DNA of 62,227 nt, the filler included, from Chiloscyllium plagiosum (lineage: Eukaryota), in NCBI RefSeq assembly GCF_004010195.1. It is 3 parts of one record of this genome, joined end to end, with 100 filler letters (N's around TTAATTAATTAA, not from the genome) between each part and the next. Parts side by side here need not be neighbours in the genome. Positions count along the whole stretch, not along the records: positions 1 to 22,364 come from NC_057713.1; positions 22,465 to 34,070 come from NC_057713.1; 1 more part is not named here. One strand, written 5' to 3'. Under the pieces are notes generated by a model. The model had not been told where the DNA came from. It saw only the letters and a list, made by a program, of their open reading frames with translations, and did no database searches. A program made the translations under genes and the position numbers. Shown here piece by piece: positions 12,454 to 25,270 of this stretch (position 1 is the first letter of the stretch; every line of letters begins with the position of its first letter).

Positions 12454-13494
12454 ATCATACAATAACGATGAAAGGAGAAACTTAATTTGGAAGTTAGGAA
12501 AAGAAAATGTCAAATTAAACCTGGGAATATTTTAATTCAAATAATATCAAACATATAGAAATATATGTGATTTCTCCAGTATTCTATGTAAAGACTACTT
12601 TTCTTTTCAGATTTGTACTTTTTTTAAAGTTGCGGACTCAAATGAGAAAGACCAGTTTTGCAATTCAATGTCATGCAAGCATTGCTGGGTGTTTTGAAAA
12701 GCAAGTAACCTGACTTTGATTGTTTAAGCAGCTGTGTGAACAGGCACTCATTGAAGATTAGTTTGCAAGCAAACTGCAACCAAGAACCTGTATTCTGGGA
12801 TGAATTGGAGCTTTGCTTGGCAACAAGAATTTGATTGGTTTATGGACTTGTGACCAATTATCAATGACAATGACCATTTATCTCCTAACAGTCATGTGAT
12901 TGGTTATCAGGTAACTGAACACCTTAGGGCTGGAAATAAGTTCCAGATCAAGTGTTTTGATCCTCACGAGCTCAGGAGCTGTCTCTCTGTTATCTGCAGT
13001 CAAAGCCCTCATTAAACCTGAAGGAAACCAGTTTGTCTTTTCTTCAGCAGTAGCTCTAAATAATGACTATTAATTGATCAGTCAGAGACATTTTAGAAGT
13101 GACCCAGTCACCCTGAACTTCCTGTGACCCAGTGGAAGTGTTTAAAAGAAAGGCTGACAAGAAACCTTCTCATCAGCAAGAACCAACTCCAAATATCTCA
13201 TGAACAAAGACTACTCAATTGTTTTCCCAGTTTTTCCCCTCTGCCCATGTGCCCTTTGTTCCCTGATTATGTCTGTCTGTGCATGTGTGCGATGGAGTTT
13301 ACACAGTGATGAGAGTTTGAATTAATGTTATACTAACAGTTTATGACTGTTCACCTGTAACTAGAGTTTAACCATTTGTATTAAATAGGAATTCTTGTTA
13401 ACACAGACATTGGCGTGTGTTTTCTATTAAACCTGGGTGTGCAAATCAAGAAAATGGGGAATTTAGACTACTCTTAAAAAATCTTTCACTGTAC

Positions 13495-14075
13495 AAACAT
13501 TGGGAGGTCATGTTGTCCTGTGAGGACATTGGTTAGGCCACTTTTGGAATACTACATTCAATTATGGTCACTCTGCTATAAGAAAGGTCTTTTTAAAACT
13601 TGAAAGGGTTCAGAAAAGATTTACAAGGATGTTGCTGGGATTGAAGGGTTTGCGCTATGGGAGAGGTTGAATACACTGAGGCTGTTTCCCTGGATGTTGG
13701 AGACAGAAGGGTGACCTTTTGAAGTTAATAAAATCATCAGGGGCTTGCATCGGGTGAATAGCCAAAGTTTTTTTTCCCAAGGTAGGGGAGTCCAAAACGA
13801 GAGGGCATAGGTTTAAGGTTAGAAAGATTTAAAAGGGACCTAAAGGGTAATTTTTCACAGAGGAGGAGGTGCATGTATGGAGGAAGTGGTGGAGGCTGGT
13901 ACAATTGCAATATTTAAAAGGCATCTGGATGAGTACATAAATAGGAAGGGTTTAGAGAGATATGGGCCCAGGGCTGGCAAATGGGACTAGATTAATTTAG
14001 GATATCTGGTCAGCATAGATGGGTTGAACTGAAGGGTCTGTTTCCCTGCTGTACATTTCTCTGGCTTTATGACTG
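13495..14075 (+). mobile_element. CR1 LINE 3' end
   Basis: ggacattggttaggccacttttggaatac (RTLVRPLLEY), with the 3' tail ending gaagggtctgtttccctgctgtac. Confidence 0.85.
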
Positions 14076-14439
14076 TTTGTGATGACTCTGCGAACTGGAG
14101 GCTTGATTTCCAAAGTGGTAGCCCAATGAGAAGTGATGTCTATAATTGTGTACTCAGCATTTAGATCTCATGAAATGCACTTCTCAAGGGTAACTAGGGA
14201 TAGCAATAACTACTGACCAACTAGACACTTGCAAGTGAATTTTTTTAAAATCTGGGAAGAAGTCCCATGCCCTATTTTCTCTGGCAGGTATACAAAAATG
14301 TCTCTGGTTATAGATTTTAAATGGCATCTGTTTCTGTATTTTTTCCAATTTAAAGAGTTATTTCACTGATATCAACTAGAGCCTAGTATTCTGACCTGCC
14401 TTAAGAATGTCTCAAATTACTGCCAAGACAAAAAAAACT

Positions 14440-15190
14440 TCAACAAGCACCCTAGTCCCTCAACATCAGCTCTACAGCCAAGAAAGCCCAGCAGTATCTC
14501 TGCTTCCTGCACAAGCTGAGGAAAGCCCACCTCCCATCCCCCACCCTCACCACATTCTACACAGGGTTCGTGGAGAGTACCCTGAGCTGCTGCATCACTG
14601 CCTGGTTCGGGAAATGCACAGTCTCGGAGTGTGTGACCCTACAGCTGAGTACAGCTGAGAGGATCATCGGGGTCTCCCTTCCCTCCATTACAGACATTTA
14701 CACCACACACTGCTTCCGAAAGGCAACAGCATTGTGGAAACCTCCACACACCCCCTCACTCAAACCCTGTTCCCTCCTGCTATTTGACAGAAGATACTGG
14801 AGTATTCGGTTTCTCACGGCCAGACTGTGCGATAGATGCTCCCCCAGGCCATCGGGCTTCTTAACATCGTATGATCACACTCTATTCCATTTGCAATTCT
14901 TGGACGATCTTTTTTTTTGAATTGCTGCTAAAACAATGTTTTATTAATGATCATTCATTGTTACAATGGAATTTGTCCACCACTGTGTCTATTGTCTTGT
15001 CTTGTCAGGAATTACTGTGCTGCCTTGCGTGTTTTATACTTTTCTATCCCTGTGTACGACTGTACTCCCGTGTAGTCTGTGAGTTCGTATAGCACCCTTG
15101 GTCCTGGAGGAATTTTTTCTTGTTTTTATTGTACCAGCTGTATGTGGCAGAAACAACAAATAAAGTTACTCTACTCTGCTATGCTATGAA
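14440..15190 (+). mobile_element. Rex1/Babar-type LINE 3' end
   Basis: ESTLSCCITAWFGKC...AERIIGVSLPSITDIY, then aataaa and a ctactct tail. Confidence 0.75.
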
Positions 15191-15329
15191 TGTTTCACCC
15201 CTCAGCAGTATCACTGCATTCAACAATTGTTGTACTCTGTAGGAAGTAAAGTACTCACATTACAGGCAATGCTAATTCCTCCTGTTCTTGTTAGACATCA
15301 CTAGCATTTATAGGGCAACTCAAAATTAC

Positions 15330-15423
15330 AGAAAGGTGACGTATCATTGGAACTCCTCCAATACAACTGCTGTCAAAATCTATAACTTGAGGCTGAACAT
15401 CTATCACTTGGATCATACGAGCC
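15330..15423 (-). CDS. Candidate internal coding exon of a minus-strand gene (ARMIQVIDVQPQVIDFDSSCIGGVPMIRHLS)
   Basis: Acceptor ttgttttattgaattgttag|G, donor TCT|gtaatt, 94 nt, only one open frame, non-repeat DNA. The pattern loosely resembles the start of an ASH/Hydin-type Ig-like domain. Confidence 0.4.
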
Positions 15424-16029
15424 CTAACAATTCAATAAAACAATACAAGGGAATTGTTGATTCAGTTACTGCACAACGCATTTCCTTTTATGTCCTGAGT
15501 TGTTCTTTCAGTCATTAAAACCATCATGGTAGCCTCAAGCAACACTTTCAGGAATGTCATGTGAAATGAAGAATTGTCAATACCATGTAGTAGCACGGAA
15601 CCAAAGGCTTTTAGCAATCAGACCCTAGATCACCGAAACACACTGCTTATAACAAGACTTGTCAAACATACACAAGGAAAAATGCATAAAGTGTGCAGTC
15701 TGGCAAATGATTAAAACAGTGCAATAGTTTCAATGAATATGGGATGTACCTTACTGTGTGTAAAAATTACTACAAATCAATCCAATGTCTCATAGAAGGT
15801 TTTATTATCCAGCTCTAATGAACTATCAATGGACTCGAAAGGTTAGTTCTTCCGTCTCTCCATAAATGCCACCAGCCCTACTGAATTTCTCCAGCAATTT
15901 CTGTTTTAATCCGCATTTTTTTCATTTTATTTTAAGATTTTGTTTTAAGTTGACAATAAAAATGCTAGATTCTGGATCAGTGGTGCTGGAAGAGCACAGC
16001 AATTCAGGCAGCATCCGAGGACAGGCAAG

Positions 16030-16252
16030 TTCAGGTCATTCTGGTGTAACGTGCATTTCGTTAACACGAGTTCGGTATAACAAGATTGATGAACTGGGGG
16101 CACAGTTTCTAAAACATGAGGCTTTAAAGCATGTATTGGTCATAACGCCATTCTGGCCGCATTAGTTTAAATGGCACTGCTATTACGCGATTTTCTTATA
16201 ACATGGGATTGCATGAGAACGGAACTATCACGTTATAGCAGAACTGATTGTA
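16030..16252. mobile_element. Small non-autonomous DNA transposon (MER6/Tigger-like MITE)
   Basis: Imperfect terminal inverted repeats (cattctggtgtaacgtg ... cacgttatagcagaactg) ending at TA, with internal ataacg-type subrepeats. Confidence 0.45.
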
Positions 16253-16284
16253 TACCTATAGCACTGATCTAAACTTGGTTGTGT

Positions 16285-16475
16285 AGTGACATGGAGGTGC
16301 TGGTGTTGGACTGGAGTGGGCAAAGTCAAAAATCACATGACACCAGGTTACAGTCCAAAAGGTTAAAATCAGAAGTTTTTGGAGCGCTGCTCCTTACTCA
16401 AGCAGCTCTGAAAGCTTGCAGTTTCAAATAAACCTGTTGGACTATAGCCTGGTGTTGTGTGATTTTTGATTGTGT
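16285..16475. mobile_element. PLE-derived fold-back insertion (family B), degenerate HHR centre
   Basis: Inverted arms aaaaatcacatgacaccaggttacagtcca / tggactatagcctggtgttgtgtgattttt. Confidence 0.7.
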
Positions 16476-17187
16476 CATGTTTACTGTGAAAATGTATATT
16501 TTGATACAATTTAAGTCACTTTCATTTCTAGCCCAAATGAAGCCATTAAAGGCACAATAGTTCTTTCCCTTTTTATTGTAGCTGTGGTCTAATTCTAAAC
16601 ATATATTTCATCTTGTTTCTGAGCACTTCAAACAAAAGAAATGCATTATTTGAAAACTAAATATTCAAAGTTGGAACAAGATTATAGTTTACTGTATACT
16701 TGACAATAGCACAATCATTCCCAAACCCCTTAAGGGCTGGGGAATAGCCTTTCGGACATATGTTCCTGTACTGTCCCAACTCTCCTCAATAGTCTCATAA
16801 ACATTGCCTTTTTATGTTAGCATAATCTCAAACAGAACATTTACCTTCATAAATAAATCTTTGTACAATTATTTAGAGATATTTAAAATAACAACGATAA
16901 GTCTGAAATAGTACAAGCAGAGAATCTTCAAACCACAAATCCCCACATCACTTTCTGTAGTTCCACTTTATTAAGCTCCAAGAACAAATGATTTGTGGAT
17001 GATGGCCTGGACCCAATAGATAATCTGAGTATAATTACCATTACATGTTTTCTAGGTACACTAGAGGTTCAAAACCAGAAGGGAACATCAAATGGAACAA
17101 TATAACCACAAGGTCTCAGGTTGATTCCTGTTCTGTTCTAGATTAGCTTCTGTTAGCCAAAGGGAAACACAACTGGCTTGGTGCCGA

Positions 17188-17352
17188 TGATGTGGAGTGC
17201 CAGTGTTGGATCAGGGTGAACAAAGTCAGAAGTCAAATGACACCAAACAACTTCACCTGACAAAGAGGCAACGCGCCGAAAGCTTGTGATTTCAAATAAA
17301 CCTGTTGGACTAAAACCTGGTGTCATGTGACTTCTGACTTACTATGGACAGG
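17188..17352. mobile_element. PLE-derived fold-back insertion (family B) with HHR-like core at 17253-17290
   Basis: Arms aagtcagaagtca..tgacacca / tggtgtcatgtgacttctgactt. Core cacCTGACAAagaggcaacgcgccGAAAgcTTgtg. Confidence 0.7.
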
Positions 17353-19386
17353 AAAGGAAGTGAGAAATGGTCTCGGGCTCCTGTCCTTGATCACTGTATC
17401 CAAGCTCTGCTGGAGGTTGCGCACACCTGAATCTTTGGTTGCGATGATCCATTGTGGAACAGCCTGCTGCCAGTATCGGGTGCCTGAGCAGTTGGTTGGA
17501 ATTGTAACTTTCAAAAGAAAACTAGAAAATTAAAAGAAGATTGGAATTGGTTGCAGTGCTGCTTTATAGCTATGATATGGTTTGTTCAATACATTCGCAT
17601 AAGTTATATGACCCTTTGATCTTTTACTATAAATTCTGTGTCCAATATAATCTCTCTCGCCAGCTCTGTGGGGAAAGAGCAGGGCTCCGAAAGCTTACAC
17701 TTTCAAATAAACCTGTTGGGCTATAACCCAGTGCCATGCAATATTTGGCATTGTCTTTATAAATAGGTATTGCAACAGTTTTTACAGCGTGTAGGGAATT
17801 CACAGCAGCTATAAGAAGCAGAGAAACCCCACTGCACACTTAATACAGTTCATGCTCTTGAATAATTTATTGTTCTTCAAATTATTGTCAAAATAATAGT
17901 TCTGAGTTATACAAGGTCTCCTATCATACATACTATAAATTCGTTGCAATGTTTACATAAATTTTAATATTCACTGCATAAAAATATTTGCATGCAAGAG
18001 AAAGTTATGCTTCTGTGAATGATTTATGGAATGCAAGCATAGCCAGTAAAGATGGATTTAATAAAGCTATCAAGAATGTTTTGCCATCCCAACATATATT
18101 GGGTACAAAATAGATTTTTGTTAGTTAACTGTATTACGGACAAAGGAACAAACTTTTACTATTCAGTCTCTTAAACTTGTTCCAGCATTTAATAAAGTGA
18201 TTGCTGATTTATAAGTTAATTTCAATTATCTGCAGTGGTCCCATATTACTTATTTAGTAAACAGACAACTGAAAATTTCAGATTGGGGTGGAAGTGGGTT
18301 ATTGACATTCCACTTGCATCGTTCCAATTTAAACCTGAGACTTTCATGGGCAAAAAATGGTTTTAGAAATGATACTAGTGACCTAAAACAGATGCTGTGA
18401 TCACCTGAGAGACTCAAGCATCCCACTCACAACATACAAACTAGCTGCCTGAAAATCGCCTTGCTGTTAATCAGTAGGCAATTCACATCTCTCATTTTAC
18501 TCTCACCTGCAGGATAACCTCATATAAAATCCAAAGAACTGAGGATGCGGGAAATCAGAAACTGCTGGGAAAACTCAGCAGATCTGGCAGCACCTGGAGA
18601 CAGAAAGCAAAGTTCATGTGTCGGATCCAGTAACCCTCTCTCAGAACATTCTGCGTTTTTCCCAATAGTTTCTGTTTTTGTTTCTGATAGCTTTTCATCT
18701 CCAACATGTGAGGTTAGCTGTGGAACGTACAGATTAATAATTAGAATTAGGCCTGGAATATAAAAATGGACCACATTTCAACAGCTTCTTTGAGCAACAC
18801 CACAGAAAGAGAAAGCAACATAGACTAAGACCAGCAAAGTTACCGATTGGTCCTCTCTCTTTCTCTCTCTCTCTCTTATCTCTCTTTCTCAAGCTCTCCC
18901 AAGCTCAGGAATCAACCAATGAAAAATAACTTAAAAACAACAGCAACAATTCACTAAGAACTCCAGGTCACCTCCAGCTTCACCAGTACTCAGGAAAGAA
19001 GATAGCAGTTTAACAGTTAGAATAAAGAGAGAAAGTTCTGGGAAATGTCAGCAGACTTGGCAGTATCTATGGAGAGAGAGGAATAGGGTTAACATTTCAA
19101 GTCTCATTAATGAGCAGAAAGAGGCCTACTTGCATGTATTAACACATCATTATTGTTCCTATTCTTGCCTTATTTATGAGCAGTTTACTATTCTCCTAGC
19201 CAGCTGAGAGAAACAAGACAGCAACAATCACTGAAATGAAAGTCAGGGTGGCCTCCTGGTGCCTCTGAATTGCTGCCTCCTCATCGAGTCTCCATTTTCA
19301 CCTGCAATCTCCGACATCTCAGGCCTATCTCATACATAGTGACCATCTGCTTCTTTTGTCCAAACATTGGCCTCTGACAAAAACCA

Positions 19387-19600
19387 TTGAGAGAAAGTGA
19401 GGGCTGCAGATGCTGGAGATCAGAGCTGAAAATGTGTTGCTGGAAAAGCGCAGCAGGTCAGGCAGCATCCAAGGAACAGGAGAATCGACGTTTCGGGCAT
19501 AAGCCCTTCTTCAGGAAGGGCTTATGCCCGAAACGTCGATTCTCCTGTTCCTTGGATGCTGCCTGACCTGCTGCGCTTTTCCAGCAACACATTTTCAGCT
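19387..19600. mobile_element. Young, near-perfect PLE-derived fold-back insertion (family A) with 15-bp TSD
   Basis: Perfect ~85-bp inverted arms centred near 19512. TSD ctctgaca(a/g)aaacca at 19372-19386 and 19599-19613. Confidence 0.9.
19484..19516 (-). ncRNA. Minimal type-I hammerhead ribozyme motif (family A)
   Basis: Reverse complement tcCTGAAGA-a-GGGC-ttat-GCCC-GAAA-cg-TC-gat. Intact core, palindromic ACGT in helix III, GUC cleavage triplet. Confidence 0.7.
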
Positions 19601-21504
19601 CTGACAGAAACCAGCCTTGCAACATTATCATGGTCCATCTCGGACTCACTTAGATCTCAACTCCCAACCTCAATACTGTACTCTGCAGTGCATTGAATCT
19701 TGCAGAATAATGATTCTGCCACTTGCACATGGGGACAGTCCCCCATCTCATGGAGCAGTCAGAGCAGGGTGTACCCCAGTGCTCTTACCTCACTTTCTTA
19801 GCACTCACATGTTTCTTCAGCAGTCCCTCTGTTGGGACATCAACTTCACAAGTAGCTATTTATGTTGAGACTGAATTTGGATATTGTCGGTTCCACCACA
19901 GCCCTGGTTGCATTAAACCTGTAATCCCCATCAGTTAGAGAGTGGTACAGAGGTGTCACAAGTCGTGGTCACACTCGGTAGCCATGTCTCCTAGTAACCA
20001 GCTTTGTAAGGCACCTGGACACTCAAACACACCAGGTACCCAAGAGTGCTCCAGGATGTAGAAGTAAGGCAGGGTAATGGGCACACACCCTCAGGAAGTG
20101 GTAATGGTGATCACCTGAACATTAATGGAATGGAACCGCTGTCTGGTGGTGAATTCTGCAGCACTGTGAGAGGGCCCTGTCAGTGCTATGTACGTGCAGT
20201 CAATGGCACCCAGCTCCAGTTCCCCAATCCGACTGCCCAGACTGCAGCACTGACCTCATGACCCAGAGTGATCTTACAAAGATCACAGCAACAGGATGTG
20301 CTGGATGGCAGTTAGAGGAAAGGGGGAAAGTCTCAGATACAGTCACATAGATGGGTTAACTTGAGGAAGGGTAAGAGAGGTAGGCATCTAGGGCAGGAGT
20401 CTTTTGTGGATATACCCATTTCAAACAGTATGCTGTTTTGGAAAATGTAGGGGGTGATGAATTCTCAGGGGAACGTAGCACCAACAGCCAAGTTTCTGGT
20501 ATTGAGACTGGCTCTAATGCAACGAGGGGTATGTCGGCTTCCAAGAGATCAATTGTGTTAGGGGATTCTGTACTACGAGGTACAGACAGATATTTCTGTG
20601 GCCAGCAGAGAAAAAGCAGAATGGGGTGTTGTTTCCCTGGTGCCAGGATCAAGGATATCTCAGAGATGGTGCAGAATGTTCTCACGGGGGAGAGGGGCCA
20701 GCAAGAGGTCATTGTCCACATTGGAATCAACGACATAGGAAGGGAAAAGGTTGAGATTCTGAAGGGAGATTAGAGAGTTAGGCAGAAATTTAAAAAGGAG
20801 GTCCTCAAGAGTAGTAATATCTGGATTACTCCTAGTGCGACGAGCTGGTGAGGGCAGGAATTGGAGCACAGAGCAGATGAATGCATGGCTGAGGAGCTGG
20901 AATATGGGAGAAGGATTCACATTTTTGGATCATTGGAATCTCTTTTGGGGTAGAAGTGACCTGTACAAGAAGGACGGATTGCACCTAAATTGGAAGGGGA
21001 CTAATATACTGGCAGGGAGATTTGCTAGAACTGCTTGGGAGGATTTAAACTAGTAAGGTGGGGGGGTGGGACCCAGGGAGATAATGAGGAAAGAGATCGA
21101 TCGGAGACGGGTACAACTGAGAACAGAAGGGAGTCAAACAGTAGGGCAGGCAGGGACAAGGCAGGACTAATAAATGAAATTGCATTTATTTCAATGCACG
21201 GGGCCTAGCAGGGAAGGCAGATTAACTCAGGACATGGTTAGGAACATGGGACTGGGATTTCACAGCAATTACAGAAACATGGCTCAGGGATGGGCAGGAC
21301 TGGCAGCTTAATGTTCCAGGATACAAACGCTACAGGAAGGATAGAAAGGGAGGCAAGCGAGGAGGGGGAGTGGCATTTTTGATAAGGGATAGTATTACAG
21401 CTACGCTGAGGGAGGATATTCCCGGAAATATATCTAGGGACGTTACTTGGGTGGAACTGAGAAATAAGAAAGGATGATCATTTTATTGGGATTATATTAT
21501 AGAC

Positions 21505-21734
21505 CCGAACTGAAAAATGTGTTGCTGGAAAAGCGCAGCAGGTCAGACAGCATCCAAGGAGCAGGAGAATCACGTTTCAGGCATCAGCCCTTCTTCAGGC
21601 TTTCATTCCTGAAGATGGGCTTATGCCCGAAACGTCGATTCTCCTGTTCCTTGGATGCTGCCTGACCTGCTGCGCATTTCCAGCAACACATTTTTCAGCT
21701 CTGATCTCCAGCATCTGCTGCCCTTACTTTCTCC
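21505..21734. mobile_element. PLE-derived fold-back insertion (family A) inside CR1, with 13-bp TSD
   Basis: TSD ttatattatagac at 21492-21504 and 21735-21747. Inverted arms, with two oppositely oriented HHR cores at the centre. Confidence 0.9.
21605..21640 (+). ncRNA. Minimal type-I hammerhead ribozyme motif (family A)
   Basis: tc-CTGAAGA-t-GGGC-ttat-GCCC-GAAA-cg-TC-ga. All core nucleotides intact. Confidence 0.7.
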
Positions 21735-22364
21735 TTATATTATAGACACCCCAATAGTCAGAGGGAAATTGAGAAATAAACTTGTTGGCGCAACATCGAG
21801 GGCCAAAGGGTCTGCACTGCGCTGTAATGTTCTATGAGATCTCAGCTATCTGTAAGAATAATAGGGTAGTTATGGCAGGGGATTTTAACTTTCCAAACAT
21901 CGACTGGGACTGCCATAGTGTTCAGGGTTTAGATGGAGAAGAATTTCTTAAGTGTGCACAGGACAATTTTTTGATTCAGTATGTGGATGTACCTACTAGA
22001 GAAGGTGAAAAACTTAACCTATTCTTGGGAAATAAGGCAGGGCAGGTGATTGAGATGTCAGTGGGGGAGCACTTTGGGGCCAGCGACCATAATTAATTCG
22101 TTTTAAAATAGTGATGGAAAAGGATAGACCAGATCTAAAAGTTGAAGTTCGAAATTGGAGAAAGGTCAATTTTGACGGCATTAGGCAAGAACTTTCGAAA
22201 GCTGATTGGGGGCAGATGTTCGCAGGTAAAGGGACGGCTGGAAAATGGGAAGCCTTCAGAAATGAAATAACAAGAATCCAGAGAAAGTATATTCCTTTCA
22301 GGGTGAAAGGGAAGGCTGGTAGGTATAGGGAATGCTGGATGACTAAAGAAATTAAGGGTTTGGT

Positions 22365-22464
22365 NNNNNNNNNNNNNNNNNNNNNNNNNNNNNNNNNNNN
22401 NNNNNNNNTTAATTAATTAANNNNNNNNNNNNNNNNNNNNNNNNNNNNNNNNNNNNNNNNNNNN
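22365..22464. other. Synthetic scaffold linker (44 N + TTAATTAATTAA + 44 N)
   Basis: An identical 100-bp structure occurs at 34071-34170. Confidence 0.95.
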
Positions 22465-23859
22465 AATCCTGAGGGACAGGATGTACATGTATTTGGAAAG
22501 GCAAGGACTGATTAGGGATAGTCAACATGGCTTTGTGCGTGGGAAATCATGTCTCACAAACTTGATTGAGCTTTTTGAAGAAGTAACAAAGAAGATTGAT
22601 GAGGGCAGAGTGGTAGATGTGATCTATATGGACTTCAGTAAGGCGTTCGACAAGGTTCCCCATGGGAGACTGATTTGCAAGGTTAAATCTCATGGAATAC
22701 AGTGAGAACCAGCCATTTGGATATAGAACTGACTCAAAGGTAGAAGACAGAGGGTAGTGGAGGAGGGTTGTTTTTCACACTGGAGGCCTGTGACCAGTGG
22801 AGTGCCACAAGGATCAGTTCTGGGTCCACTACTTTTTGTCATTTACATAAATGATTTGGATGCGAGCACAAGAGGTACAGTTAGTAAGTTTGCAGATGAC
22901 ACCAAAATTGGAGGTGTAGTGGACAGCGAAGAAGGTTACCTCAGATTACAACAGGATCTGGACCAAATGGGCCAATGGGCTGAGAAGTGGCAGATGGAGT
23001 TTAATTCAGATAAATGCGAGGTGCTGCATTTTGGGAAGCAAATCTTAGCAGGACGTATACACTTAATGGTAGGGTCCTAGGGAGTGTTGCTGAACACTGT
23101 TGGAGTGCAGGTTCATAGCTCCTTGAAAGTGGAGTCGCAGGTAGATAGGATCGTGAAGAAGGCGTATGGTATGCTTTCCTTTATTGGTCAGAGTATTGAG
23201 TACAGGGGTTGGGAGGTCATATTGCGGATGTACAGGACATTGGTTAGGCCACTGTTGGAATATTGTGTGCAATTCTGGTCTCCTTCCTATCGGAAAGATG
23301 TTGTGAAAGCTTGAAAGTTTTCAGAAAAGATTTACAAGGATGTTGCCAGGGTTGGAGGATCTGAGCTATAGGGAGAGGCTGAACAGGCTGGGGCTGTTTT
23401 CCCTGGAGCATTGGAGGCTGAGGGGTGACCTTATAGAGGTTTATAAAATTATGAGTATATGAATAGGAAGGGTTTGGAGGGATATGGGCCAGGTGCTGGC
23501 AGGTGGGACTAGATTGGGTTGGGATATCTGGTCGGCATGGACGGGTTGGACCGAAGGGTTTGTTTCCGTGCTATACATCTCTATGACTAAGTGGGACATT
23601 GGTAAATCAGGAAGTTCTGTTTGCACTGGCTGGTTTCTGTCACTAGATGGAGCTTGGTGGATTAATTCTCCATCAGGTGTGTGGAATTTTAACAGGAATC
23701 TGCAGAACTTCCATTTCTACGGTGTTGCTGATATTCTGAAAACTTATTTTACTTTAGAGATTATCTTATTTATGAATGAATGAATGTGCTCCATTTTAAC
23801 TAAATCATGTTTTAAAGTCATTTTCTGCTGACCAAGATCCCAAAGCACATTTCCTCAGG

Positions 23860-25270
23860 TAGGCGATTCCAAAAGTAGAGGGCATAGGGTGAGAGAGTAT
23901 AACTAGGGTGGGAGGGGTCCTTGATCTTATTGGCTGCTTTCCCGAGGCAGCGGGAAGTTTAGATGGAGTCACTGGATGGGAGGTTTGGTTTATGTGATAG
24001 TCTGGACTGTGTTCATGACTCTCTGTAGTTTCTCGCGGTGCTGGGAAGACCAATTGCCAAACCACTCTGTGATGAACCCAGAGAGGATGCTTTCTATGGC
24101 GCAACTATAAAAATTGGTAAGAGTCTTTGTGGACATGCTGAATTTCTTTAGTCTCCTGAGGAATTGGAGACGTTATTGTGCTTTCTTGTGTAGATGTGGG
24201 TGACCAGGACAGATTGTTGCTGATTGTCACTCCCAGAAACTTGACAGTAACGACCAATTTCACCTTAGCTCCATTGATACAGATAGGGGCATTCCCTCCA
24301 CTTCACTTCCTGAAGTCAATGACCAGCTCCTTTATTTTTGCTGATGTTGATGCAGAGATTGTTGCCTTTACACTATGCCATCAGTCACTTCCCTATACTC
24401 TGTCTTGTCGTTGTTTGAGATCCGACTGACGACAGTAGTGTTGTCAACAAACCTGTAATTGGAATTCATGCAGAATTTGGCTACACAGTTGTGAACGCAC
24501 AAGGAGTATAGTACAGGGCACTAGTTTTGAGGATTATGTTGGAGGAGGTGTGGTCACCTATTCTCACTGATTGCAGTCTATTGGTCAGGAAATCAAGGAT
24601 CCAGTTACAGAGTGGGGAGTCAAGACTTAGGTCTCGGAGTTTAGAGATGCATTTGTTTGGAATTATGATACCAGATGTTCCAGGGATGAGAGTAGGACCA
24701 GGGAGATGATGTCTGCCATGGACCAATTGTGACAATCGCAAAGGATCAAGGTAGTTTGGGAGGCGGGAGTTAATGTGAGCCATGACTAACCTCACAAAGC
24801 ACTTCATAATAATGGAGGTCAGAACCACTGGGTGGTAGTCATTAAGGCATGCTGCATGATTTTTCTTTGACACTGGGATGATGGTGGTCTTTTTGAAGTA
24901 GGTGGGGATTTCAGCTCGCAGAGAGGAGAGGTTAGAGATGTGAATATCACATCTGATCCACCAGCTGATCCACGCAGGATCTGGGTGTACAGCCAGGGAC
25001 TCCATGCGTTCACTCTCGAGAAGGTGTATCTGATGTCCAGGGTAGGTACCAGTGCAACAGAGGCTGTTGGGATAAGTGATATCACTTCACTGACCTTCTG
25101 TTCAAAACAAGTGCAGAATGCATTAAGCTTGTTGGGAAGGGATGTGCTGTTGCCTGCGATTCTGTTCAACTTCACTTTGTAGCCCGCTATGTCATGTAAG
25201 CCTTGCCACAAATGATGGGTATCTGTGTGGTTGGTCTGGGTCTCAAGCTTAGTTTGGTATTGCCCCTTGG
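23860..25270 (-). mobile_element. Rex1/Babar-type LINE ORF2 remnant
   Basis: IPTYFKKTTIIPVSKKNHAACLNDYHPVVLTSIIMKCF, LCNWILDFLTNRLQSVRIG, and MWQGLHDIAGYK...LPNKLNAF. Confidence 0.85.

Larger units (their letters stand above)
20300..23590 (+). mobile_element. Near full-length degenerate CR1 LINE: ORF1 (SGNH/GDSL esterase) and ORF2 (APE endonuclease + RT)
   Basis: ORF1 motifs SIVLGDSVLRG, CCFPGARIKDI, VHIGINDIG, KDGLHLN. ORF2 motifs AGDFNFPNIDW, GASDHN, YMDFSKAFDKVPH, KFADDTK. The 3' tail ends at ~23588. Spans a linker gap, so the two halves may be different copies. Confidence 0.9.

Noticed and set aside
12628..13495. Possible solo LTR
   Set aside because: The composition is LTR-like, but I could not define TG..CA termini or a TSD.
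16845..16902. Minus-strand exon-like segment with good splice sites
   Set aside because: It has stops in all three frames, so it could only be UTR, and there is no support for that.
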